Source of the DNA: TPA_inf: Saccharomyces
Taxonomy: Eukaryota
DNA: 64,000 bases
Direction of reading: 5' to 3'
Assembly: GCA_000146045.2 (NCBI GenBank)
Contig: BK006934.2
Coordinates: 224,001 to 288,000, forward strand
Shown here piece by piece: positions 22,193 through 32,359 of the stretch; position 1 is the first letter of the stretch, and the number at the start of each line of letters is the position of its first letter. The notes below the pieces were generated by a model. The model ran no database searches and had not been told where the DNA came from. It saw only the letters and a program-made list of their open reading frames with translations. The position numbers were made by a program, and so were the translations under genes.

Positions 22193-24337
22193 ATGTCACA
22201 TCTTATCACTTTAGCTACATGCAACTTGAATCAATGGGCCCTAGATTTTGAAGGTAATAGAGACCGTATCCTACAGTCCATTAAGATTGCCAAAGAGAGG
22301 GGTGCCAGGTTACGTGTCGGCCCAGAACTGGAAATAACTGGCTACGGATGTTTAGATCATTTTTTAGAAAATGACGTTTGCCTTCATTCATGGGAAATGT
22401 ATGCTCAAATCATTAAGAATAAAGAAACCCATGGATTAATACTTGACATTGGTATGCCCGTTCTACACAAGAATGTTCGTTATAATTGTCGTTTGTTATC
22501 CTTGGATGGTGAGATATTGTTCATAAGACCTAAGATTTGGTTAGCTAATGATGGTAACTATAGGGAAATGAGATTTTTCACACCTTGGATGAAACCTGGC
22601 GTGGTGGAGGACTTTATCCTTCCACCTGAGATTCAGAAAGTTACCGGCCAGAGACTTGTGCCATTTGGGGACGCTGTGATAAATTCATTGGATACATGCA
22701 TTGGTACAGAAACTTGTGAAGAATTGTTTACACCTCAATCCCCCCACATCGCCATGTCTTTAGATGGTGTGGAAATCATGACAAACTCATCTGGTTCTCA
22801 TCATGAACTGCGTAAGTTAAATAAAAGGTTAGACCTAATTTTAAATGCCACTAAACGTTGTGGTGGTGTTTACTTGTATGCAAATCAAAGAGGTTGTGAT
22901 GGTGACAGATTATATTATGATGGCTGTGCACTAATTGCCATCAATGGTACAATTGTAGCCCAAGGTTCACAATTTTCGCTAGATGATGTGGAAGTAGTTA
23001 CTGCTACTGTGGACCTAGAAGAGGTGAGGAGTTATCGTGCAGCTGTCATGTCTCGTGGCCTACAAGCCTCCTTGGCAGAAATAAAGTTCAAGCGTATTGA
23101 TATTCCTGTAGAATTGGCTTTAATGACCTCCAGATTTGATCCTACAGTGTGTCCAACAAAAGTCCGCGAGCCTTTCTATCACTCTCCTGAGGAAGAAATT
23201 GCACTGGGACCTGCTTGCTGGATGTGGGATTATTTAAGACGTTGTAACGGAACAGGGTTTTTCCTTCCCTTATCTGGGGGCATTGACTCTTGTGCAACTG
23301 CAATGATTGTCCACTCTATGTGCCGTTTAGTGACCGACGCTGCTCAAAATGGAAATGAGCAAGTTATCAAAGACGTTCGTAAGATAACACGTAGCGGCGA
23401 TGATTGGATTCCAGACAGTCCACAGGATCTAGCCTCAAAAATATTTCACTCCTGTTTCATGGGTACGGAAAATTCATCCAAGGAGACAAGAAACAGAGCA
23501 AAGGACCTTTCCAATGCAATTGGATCTTACCACGTGGATTTAAAGATGGACTCATTGGTATCCAGTGTGGTGTCCTTATTCGAAGTAGCCACTGGCAAAA
23601 AACCAATATACAAAATATTTGGGGGATCTCAAATCGAGAACTTGGCTTTACAAAACATCCAGGCGCGTCTAAGAATGGTTCTTTCTTATCTTTTTGCGCA
23701 ACTGTTGCCGTGGGTTCGTGGTATCCCAAACTCGGGTGGATTGTTAGTACTTGGTAGCGCAAATGTTGATGAGTGCTTACGTGGGTATCTAACAAAATAT
23801 GACTGCTCCTCCGCAGATATCAACCCTATTGGGGGTATTTCAAAAACTGACTTGAAAAGATTCATTGCCTACGCATCAAAACAATATAACATGCCAATCT
23901 TGAATGACTTTTTAAACGCTACACCAACTGCAGAATTAGAACCTATGACTAAAGATTACGTTCAATCGGATGAGATAGATATGGGGATGACGTATGAAGA
24001 ATTGGGCGTGTTTGGTTACCTAAGAAAGGTTGAAAAATGTGGTCCTTATTCTATGTTCTTAAAACTTCTTCATCAATGGTCCCCAAAGTTAACACCTCGT
24101 CAAATATCTGAAAAGGTGAAAAGATTTTTCTTCTTCTATGCCATCAACAGACACAAGCAAACTGTTTTAACTCCTAGTTATCATGCTGAACAGTATTCAC
24201 CAGAAGACAACAGATTTGACTTACGTCCTTTCTTAATCAACCCAAGATTTCCATGGGCTTCAAGAAAAATTGATGAAGTTGTCGAGCAGTGTGAAGCACA
24301 TAAAGGCTCAACGCTTGACATTATGTCTATTGATTAG
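22193..24337 (+). CDS. QNS1: Glutamine-dependent NAD+ synthetase, 714 aa
   Basis: N-terminal nitrilase/CN-hydrolase domain plus a C-terminal NAD synthetase domain with the PP-loop SGGIDS. Confidence 0.9.
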   Translation: MSHLITLATCNLNQWALDFEGNRDRILQSIKIAKERGARLRVGPELEITGYGCLDHFLENDVCLHSWEMYAQIIKNKETHGLILDIGMPVLHKNVRYNCRLLSLDGEILFIRPKIWLANDGNYREMRFFTPWMKPGVVEDFILPPEIQKVTGQRLVPFGDAVINSLDTCIGTETCEELFTPQSPHIAMSLDGVEIMTNSSGSHHELRKLNKRLDLILNATKRCGGVYLYANQRGCDGDRLYYDGCALIAINGTIVAQGSQFSLDDVEVVTATVDLEEVRSYRAAVMSRGLQASLAEIKFKRIDIPVELALMTSRFDPTVCPTKVREPFYHSPEEEIALGPACWMWDYLRRCNGTGFFLPLSGGIDSCATAMIVHSMCRLVTDAAQNGNEQVIKDVRKITRSGDDWIPDSPQDLASKIFHSCFMGTENSSKETRNRAKDLSNAIGSYHVDLKMDSLVSSVVSLFEVATGKKPIYKIFGGSQIENLALQNIQARLRMVLSYLFAQLLPWVRGIPNSGGLLVLGSANVDECLRGYLTKYDCSSADINPIGGISKTDLKRFIAYASKQYNMPILNDFLNATPTAELEPMTKDYVQSDEIDMGMTYEELGVFGYLRKVEKCGPYSMFLKLLHQWSPKLTPRQISEKVKRFFFFYAINRHKQTVLTPSYHAEQYSPEDNRFDLRPFLINPRFPWASRKIDEVVEQCEAHKGSTLDIMSID

Positions 24338-24438
24338 CACAGAAGAAGTGCTCACAGCAAAATAAGACTTTTCCACGAGTTCATATATTCTGTTATTTAT
24401 TCTATCATAAATAAAGATATAAAAGTGATATTTAACCC

Positions 24439-25641
24439 TTATGTATTTTGCACGGTTTTGTGTTGACCCCAATTAGTCTTGATTACTACATTCCTAGAAT
24501 CGTTCCGCTTCCAGAAATCAATTAAAGTGATTGCTGTTTTTATAGGCGAATCTTCTTGAATGAAATGCCCGGAATCTTGGAAAACTACCAACTGATATTT
24601 ACCTTGCATTTGCCCCACAATTAATTCTTTATCGAGATTTTCGTTTCCCGCCAATATTAATAATTTACTAACAGGTAAGCCAACAAAGGAGTGCGACAGA
24701 TCGGTAAACCATGTGTCCCAGAAAGGGCTAAAGGTCTTAAGGTTTGTTATCCTGACAACTTTCCCTGACTTGAGCGGAGCAAATAAAGCTGGTATAGCAA
24801 TTTCGGCGCTTGACCTCAATCTCGATAACGCGTGTTGAACGTGCCAATCGACAGCGTCATTAATTGATTCAAATACATTGGGTGTATTCTGCAAAAAATG
24901 TTCAACTTTATTTAAGGCCATAATGGCAGCCTCTTCTACAATATCTAACATAGTAATACCAAGAATTTTCTTTTGTAGTTCTGTTGATAATTTAGGGTAC
25001 GCAAAAGTACATATACTTCCACCAAGGGAATGACCAATTAGTATAACAGATACCTTCTGAAGTGGCTCTTGGCTTATTTTAGACTTAAACCAATAATTTA
25101 GCAGGCTTACAAAATCTTTGATAAAAGAGTCCCTGTCAAAGCATATAGGCGCATCAGCCTTCTTAAACTTTGTTTCTGCATGCCCCCTAGCATCAAATGC
25201 AAAGCATCCGCATCTTCCTTCTAGTTTAGTATTTAATTCCTTGGCCAAGTTTGCAAATGATAAACCTGAGGAGCCCGCCCCATGGTGGAAAATAAAGATG
25301 GGAATTGAAGTGGTATTTGATAACAATGAAGTAGGTAATGTATAGTATGTATTTACGTCCAGATCTCTATCAGGAAGACTTACCAACTCCTTATTATCAA
25401 AAAAATCACTCCAAGTGGGTAAACTACTCTTTTCCTTACTTGAAATTCTATCAGTAGTACTACCGGTTTTGCCCGTATATTTTCTGTTCCTATTTGATTG
25501 TCCATTAAATGATGGCAGGGAACCTAATGCATCACCATCGTTTTCATCATCCTCGTATGCTTCTTGGAATGTCGCATCTAGAACATTCTTGGCTCTCTCA
25601 AACTGGGATAAAGCAATTTTTCTTCTCAAATCGTCAGACAT
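24439..25641 (-). CDS. PPE1: Protein phosphatase 2A methylesterase (alpha/beta hydrolase), 400 aa
   Basis: Full ORF with a GHSLGG nucleophile-elbow motif. Position matches YHR075C. Confidence 0.82.
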   Translation of the reverse strand: MSDDLRRKIALSQFERAKNVLDATFQEAYEDDENDGDALGSLPSFNGQSNRNRKYTGKTGSTTDRISSKEKSSLPTWSDFFDNKELVSLPDRDLDVNTYYTLPTSLLSNTTSIPIFIFHHGAGSSGLSFANLAKELNTKLEGRCGCFAFDARGHAETKFKKADAPICFDRDSFIKDFVSLLNYWFKSKISQEPLQKVSVILIGHSLGGSICTFAYPKLSTELQKKILGITMLDIVEEAAIMALNKVEHFLQNTPNVFESINDAVDWHVQHALSRLRSSAEIAIPALFAPLKSGKVVRITNLKTFSPFWDTWFTDLSHSFVGLPVSKLLILAGNENLDKELIVGQMQGKYQLVVFQDSGHFIQEDSPIKTAITLIDFWKRNDSRNVVIKTNWGQHKTVQNT

Positions 25642-27100
25642 TGAAAATTTGAAAATGTCCTACCGTTACTACCAGTTTGTTGCCGTATTTTTGACTCTTT
25701 GTTGAGCATTAGTTGATCATTACCGCTGCAGTCAGTTAATGATATCCCTAAATAGGCATATTGTACAATTTCAAATATATTACCCGAATTACAAGAACAA
25801 TAGGGTCTTCTACAATATTACTATGAACAATTCATAGGGGAACATAGTCCACTTCAATGTCGGTGCCAACGATTCTATTTGTTGTAAGTATATATGCTGT
25901 TTCCCGGCAATACTTTATATTGGGGGAATTTTCTGGAGGTTTAAGGGCATATTACTACGTCAAGGCTGGGATTGACCTTCTGGTATATATTACGTTGCGC
26001 AGGACATTCCTTATACTTGAGCCTTTGTAAAAACTTCTTCGTTCTCCTGACCAACCGTTCAATTATGTTGTGAATTTTTTGATCCGAGTTTGAAACATCC
26101 AAATTCACAAACAAACCGTTGTCATCCTGAGTTGGCGTCGGCCATTGAGCTTCCTCTATGTGTTTTAAATCTTTCATTTTAAGAAATCTAAGTAAGGAAA
26201 TTGTTTCTCCACATGTGTACCGTATAAAGTTCTTGTTATGAATTAGAAGGATTATCACAAAAGCCCTCCATCAAATCTGATAATTTCATTACCCAAAGAC
26301 TGTAATACCTTGGGTGTAAAGATCGTATTTTTTGATGTCTTCGTGATATTTTGCAGATCTTTCCATTTTATAAATTTCTGCAAATATCGTGCATCAGCTC
26401 ATCTTGGAATTGGCACAATCTGCGTAATTTTTTTCTTGGTTCTCTTCTCCTTTTGATTTTAAGAGCGCTTTCTATTCAGTAGCAGATTTTCAGTAAATAA
26501 AGCCATCTTTCTCAAGTAAACTCATGATCATGCAGTTGTTCAAAATTACACCAATAACGATGTTATCTTTAAAACTTTCCCCAGAAAGAAGATGGCACTT
26601 TTGCACTAAATACTTCAAACTATTTAACTTTGAAGCAGGACATATTGCCGGTTATTTGACCATGCTGGCGCCGTTGACATTCATGTAAGCAGTATTAGCT
26701 TTTAAACTGCCATTAACGCACCTATACGATTGCGGCGGTGCGAAAACAGTAACTAGCACTCTTACGGCTCATTGTTTCCTCTATCCAAAGTTGCCTATAT
26801 CACAATAAAATTAGAAATTAATCATTTTAATAAGCTTGCTGCCATTCAGTGACTCGCAATCTACGTTTTAAACGTAATTTAAAAATCCACTTCCACCTAC
26901 ATATTTTGCAACAGTCGTACGACAGAAACTGAGGCTCTATAAAATGAGATGTGCTAATTGTTCTTTCTTGGCTGGTTTCAGCTACATCTTTCTGTAATCA
27001 ATCTACAAATTTACACGCGAGCTTCATTTTGACAGTAAACAAATGTAAAAGACACATGCAATAAAAGCGGTCCAGAAAACAAACGACAAAGCCACCAAAA

Positions 27101-28225
27101 ATGTTTGCAAACGTTGGATTTAGAACTTTGAGGGTCTCGAGAGGTCCCCTTTATGGTATGTTTATTGTTTTATTCATTGGTGTGCTAATTGCTAAATTTG
27201 CGGGACAAATGCTAATCGACTCAGAGACTAACTTTTCTCATATCATAGGATCCTGCAGTCAAATCATCAGCTTTTCCAAGAGGACTTTTTACTCAAGTGC
27301 CAAGAGTGGGTATCAATCGAACAACAGTCATGGTGATGCGTATAGTTCAGGTAGCCAATCAGGCCCGTTCACCTATAAAACCGCGGTAGCTTTCCAACCA
27401 AAAGACAGAGACGATCTGATATACCAAAAACTAAAGGATTCTATTAGATCACCTACAGGAGAAGACAACTATTTTGTTACATCAAACAACGTTCACGATA
27501 TTTTTGCCGGTGTCGCAGACGGTGTTGGAGGATGGGCTGAGCATGGGTATGACTCCAGCGCCATCTCAAGAGAATTGTGTAAAAAAATGGACGAAATAAG
27601 CACTGCTTTAGCAGAAAATTCATCCAAAGAAACGCTTTTAACGCCAAAGAAAATTATTGGTGCTGCATACGCAAAAATTAGGGATGAGAAAGTAGTGAAG
27701 GTTGGTGGGACAACAGCCATTGTGGCTCACTTCCCATCTAATGGAAAATTGGAAGTTGCCAACTTGGGTGATTCTTGGTGTGGAGTCTTCAGAGATTCTA
27801 AACTTGTATTCCAGACAAAGTTTCAAACTGTTGGATTTAATGCTCCTTACCAATTGTCAATCATTCCAGAAGAAATGTTGAAAGAGGCCGAAAGAAGGGG
27901 TAGCAAGTATATTTTAAACACCCCCAGAGACGCTGATGAATATAGCTTCCAATTGAAAAAAAAGGATATTATTATATTGGCTACCGATGGTGTAACCGAT
28001 AATATTGCCACAGATGATATTGAGCTTTTTCTGAAGGATAACGCTGCGAGAACAAACGATGAGTTACAGCTATTATCCCAGAAGTTTGTGGACAATGTTG
28101 TCAGTTTAAGCAAGGACCCCAATTACCCCAGTGTTTTTGCGCAAGAGATTTCTAAGCTAACTGGCAAAAACTACAGCGGTGGTAAAGAAGACGATATAAC
28201 TGTTGTTGTCGTGAGAGTTGACTAA
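27101..28225 (+). CDS. PTC7: PP2C-type protein phosphatase. The unspliced ORF is 374 aa. It contains an in-frame 93-nt intron at about 27156..27248, and the spliced product is 343 aa.
   Basis: The GTATGT 5' splice site begins at 27156 and cuts the GGT codon (G|GTATGT). A branch-like gagACTAACttt follows, then a 3' catag. The intron is open in frame, so the ORF track reads straight through it. PP2C motifs (DGVGGW, ATDGVTDN) lie downstream. Confidence 0.82.
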   Translation: MFANVGFRTLRVSRGPLYGMFIVLFIGVLIAKFAGQMLIDSETNFSHIIGSCSQIISFSKRTFYSSAKSGYQSNNSHGDAYSSGSQSGPFTYKTAVAFQPKDRDDLIYQKLKDSIRSPTGEDNYFVTSNNVHDIFAGVADGVGGWAEHGYDSSAISRELCKKMDEISTALAENSSKETLLTPKKIIGAAYAKIRDEKVVKVGGTTAIVAHFPSNGKLEVANLGDSWCGVFRDSKLVFQTKFQTVGFNAPYQLSIIPEEMLKEAERRGSKYILNTPRDADEYSFQLKKKDIIILATDGVTDNIATDDIELFLKDNAARTNDELQLLSQKFVDNVVSLSKDPNYPSVFAQEISKLTGKNYSGGKEDDITVVVVRVD

Positions 28226-28373
28226 CACTCCGCTCTTTAATCTCCTGGAAAGCAGTGTAAATAAAAATACAGCGTCATAAACGGTACTATATAAACACGT
28301 AGCCATTTAATAGAGCCAAACATAAGTGGGCATATATAGTAAAAATTTAAAGAACTATATTCGCAAAAGAATC

Positions 28374-31300
28374 TCAGTCGAAAGAACGTTTTAAAACAAT
28401 CTTTTTAATCTTGTTTCGCTCGGTTTTTAGTTTCTCTTCTTCTTCAAGGACATCAGAGACAAATTTCACATCCGTTGGTAATTGTAAAATTCTTGATTGT
28501 GTCTTCTTACCGCTTTTAGTCAAGAACGTAAATGCAATCTTCTTTGGCTTGGATAACTCTTCGTAGGTCTCCTTGCTTGAAGAAGGTTCTTCACTCTTTT
28601 TTAATAATAAAGGTTTTTGAACGCTGACTGGCTTCGAAATTACTGGAATTTTACTGGCAACAACCTTTTCGCTTTTCCTTGCGTCTATGGATTCTTGCAT
28701 CATTTTCTGAAATTGCCTTTCCAATTCTTCTTCCGCTTTCCTTTCTTCCTCATCCTTTAGTTTTCTCTCGTACTCTTCATACATTCGTTTCATTTCAATA
28801 TCTCTGTCTGCGTCAAGATCACCACCATACTCCAAATCAGAGTCGCTGTCTTCTTCTTCTTCATCATCATCATCCTCATCATCATCATCTTCATCATCAT
28901 CCTCATCGCCTTCTTCTCCATCATCATCATCATCGTCATCGTCATCGTCATCATCCTCGTCATCGTCCTCATCGTCTTCATCTTCACTTTCGTCTTGCTT
29001 TGCCTGATGTTTTCCTGGCGCTGACTCTGTGTTCGGTGTACTTATCTCCGCGTCTTCATCTTCTCCTAGTAAATCGACACCATCGTCGTTTTCATCATCT
29101 TCATCCTCATCATCTTCGGTGATTGACTCGATAGGAACAGCACTCTCCTTACCGTTGTGAATGCTTGCAGAAGATCCCTTCACTCTGTCGTCTTTACTTT
29201 TTATTGCGTTTAATGATTTCAGTAAACTTTCCAACCTTGAGGCACTTTCTACCAAATTTTCTGACCTTTCAAATTTAGTGTTTCCGAAAATATTCTCATA
29301 TTTTTTAAATGTGCTTGAAACTCTGAATTCTGTTTCCTTGGGTAAAGGTTGTTCTTTAATAAAAGTATAATACTCGAAAAACCTCAGCAAAAGTTTGCAT
29401 TTCTTAGTAAAAGCTGCAGGGGTCCTGTTGATATTTAACAGAATTGTAGTGACTAGTTGAATCCTGAAATAATTATCCGGTGGATCTGAGTAGTTTAAAT
29501 AAAATGGATTGGGTTGATTGTTGATATGACCAAACCGAATAATGTGGTAGATAGTATCTAACAAAACATCGGATTTTATCATTTCAAAGTTGAATATTTC
29601 AGTTAAGTATCTGACATTTGATATTCTATGCATGTTTTGTCCATAATCGTTAATTTCTAAGCCTCGCTCAATGTTTTCCAGTACTTGGTCTATACATCTG
29701 ATGACGAAATCGCGGCGGTAACTGTATAGACCGCCTAGAACTTTTGTTAATAAGGGAATATTTTGATAGCTAATCTTATGTGGTTTTGAAAACAGAGAAA
29801 ACAGCACTTTCTGAATAGCTACATCGTCCCAGTGAGCTTTCCGAACCAACTTGACAATGTGTTTGAAGTCTAGGCTACTTAGTTCACTTCTAATTAATAT
29901 GCGATAAAACTGTTGTTCAGGCGTTATTGTTTTTACCGTAACATTTAATGATTTTACAGAAGGGGGATAAAGTAAAGTAATTATGTTTTCTAAGGCGCTT
30001 TTCATGTTCATGTTCAATTGCCTATCATTTTTTTTATCCTTGATTAGTTGGACCATTTTTTCCATTAATTCCTTATATTCTGGCTTATTTAGCAGAAATT
30101 TCCCTGAGTGCTCCAACAAAACCGTCAAAATTTCTACGTTATTTGGAACTTGCATATACATGATTAATGTTCTAATCTTATGAAAAATCATAAACGATGG
30201 TATTAATTGAAATTTAATCATTTCACTGAAGAAGATGATGTTTTTAACGTTAATCTTATTAGAATGTAATTGACTCCTGAAGCCATTGTCTAGGTAGTTA
30301 ATAAACTCAGAAACAATTTCCGGCATATATTTGCTATTTGTTGCAATAAATCTGGAATACACTGGCAGTTTGCTCCAATCTTGTGTTTCCATGAAAAATT
30401 TCAATATTCGATTTCTTGTGGCTTTGTTGTCCAAATATGATGACCAATATCTATTTGAAAGGTCATCGATTATATCTTTACAATCTGCCATTTCCAAATC
30501 CGTAAAGAATAGATTGATATTTTTTGAGTTAACGTTTGAATCTTTTTCTGTTTTAGAAGATTGTGATTCTTCTACTGTTTTTGAGATATCTGGTAAGATT
30601 TCATAAAATTTCCTTGTATCTTCATTTTCCCATAATCGTTGGTTGGGTGGCAATATCTGATTCGTGATCATTGGAGAAGCTGTTTCTTTCAGATCATCAT
30701 TAGAGGCACCTTCAAGCTCCGGAATTTCTAACTTAAAAAATTCTCCCAAAGTAATTGCAGATGTCTTGAACCTAATGAATATTGGAAGTAACTTGTCGTA
30801 CTCCTCTACGTACTCATCTCTCAATTTTCCCGTTCTTATTTGGCATTTCTGATGTTCTCTTTGCAGTTTATTGACCTTCTTATGCAGTTCTGTGGCCCTC
30901 GCAAAAGTGGCGTCTATAAAATTCTTAAACAGAGACTGTAACGCACCTTTTAACTTCGAGTCATATATTAAATCATCCCAAGAATTATCATCGTCGCGAA
31001 ACAAAGGTGCAAATTTCTTAATAAATGCGGTCGCAATAGTGGTAGTAAAGCCCAATTTGAACTTATAATTAAGAATCTCTCTGAGAATACTGAATAACAA
31101 CGGATCCTTTCGCCCAGTTTTCTTCTGTAGGAAGTTTGGAATAGCATCTTTCGACTCAATATCATCCAATGTTCTAAAAACTCCAACTAAATAAAGCTCG
31201 GTAAATACCCGAAGATTACCTTTAACTCTGGTTATCCTTTGAAGCTCATCTCTTTCGGATTCAATGTCAACAGAGGGGTTCTCAAAAGCTTGTAAAAAAG

Positions 31301-31756
31301 CTCCTAAAAGCGGACTAGTAAATCGGCCATTGAACCTTTGATGAAGTCCACTTATGATCTCAACAGCGGCAATTACGTCATCATTTTTATTCAAAACATT
31401 TAGCAGACATTCTGTTACCGTCACTATTATCTCTGATAGGTACTTTTCCAAGGACGCCTCACTTAAATCTTTCAATAATGAAGATTCTGAACCTTTCACA
31501 AAACCCTTCTTTAGTTTTTTTATAAAGCCAGTGTTTCTCTTTATACTGGAATCCAGTTTTTTACTTTTCAGGGGAAAGACTTCTTCGCCATTCCAAGCTC
31601 GGGTGTTCAAATCATGCAATTCTTTTTTCCGTCCATCCTGTTGATACATAATTGTTACCGTAGTTTACAACGATCAATAAAAGAAGTTAGTATAAAACCT
31701 TAGAAGTACTGAAAGGCCGATCTGGCCACAGTAAGATAAATCAAACATACGTCCAT
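28374..31756 (-). CDS. NMD2: Nonsense-mediated decay factor Upf2. Minus-strand exon 1 is 31756..31751 (ATGGAC) and exon 2 is 31637..28374. The intron is 113 nt (31750..31638). The product is 1089 aa.
   Basis: The minus strand reads ATGGAC|GTATGTTTGATT ... TTTTATACTAACTTC ... TATCAACAG|GATGGACGGAAAAAAGAATTG. Exon 2 gives MDDGRKKELHDL. The ORF-track start MYQQ is an in-frame ATG inside the intron. MIF4G-like repeats and a long D/E tract are present. Confidence 0.85.
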
Positions 31757-32359
31757 AATTTCTGTCCAATGTATTATCAATGCAGATACAATATTAGATT
31801 ATTTAAGCATTTAAGTTGATTGTTACTGTTCATTGTAAAGTAATATGGGCCTCATTAGTTTCTCAAACCTGTATTCGAATGCAGTTTTTCAGTGACTGCC
31901 AAGAAAGTGAAAAAAAAAAAAAGAAGCAGGCTCCATCAATTCGTATCAAGTGATAATTATCACATAAATTATATAATTGTAAACCTATTAATAACCCTAA
32001 TATCATCCTCATGCCCTAAGAAATATTCAATATAACCCCCTAACAATATCATAATATCCCGTAGTGATCATAGAAACGCTATATGATGGTGCATAATTAA
32101 GATAAAGGTCATTCAGGCATGAAATAATGAACTTTAGTGAACGACTTAGTCATACAGAGTCTATTTTAGCTTAACCATTCGGTTTTATTTTACAGTCTAG
32201 ACTCAAACGAGTGAAAAATTGCGATATCTGCGATGACCGAGTCCTGAACAATAAAAATTGACCAGCAGGGAAAGAAAAGGAAAAGATCTCAACTCTGGCG
32301 GTTGCCTCCAGGACCTGCACTAGAAAGGACTATTGAGTGTAGACTAAGTGGTGGACGGG

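Noticed and set aside
27181-27300. Apparent one-nucleotide frameshift pair inside PTC7 when reading the rows by eye
   Set aside because: The ORF track gives a continuous 374-aa translation over the full 1125 nt. The discrepancy is almost certainly my mis-reading of two rows and not a real frameshift, so coordinates there follow the ORF track.
28679-29122. Plus-strand 147-aa His/Arg-rich ORF, and a minus-strand Met-rich 65-aa ORF at 28790-28987
   Set aside because: These are alternative-frame and antisense readings of the GAT/GAA repeat that encodes the Nmd2 acidic tract. Their composition is dictated by the repeat, not by selection.
31638-31649. NMD2 start MYQQDGRKK given by the ORF track
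   Set aside because: The ATG lies inside the 113-nt intron. The real initiation codon is in the 6-nt exon 1 at 31756-31754.
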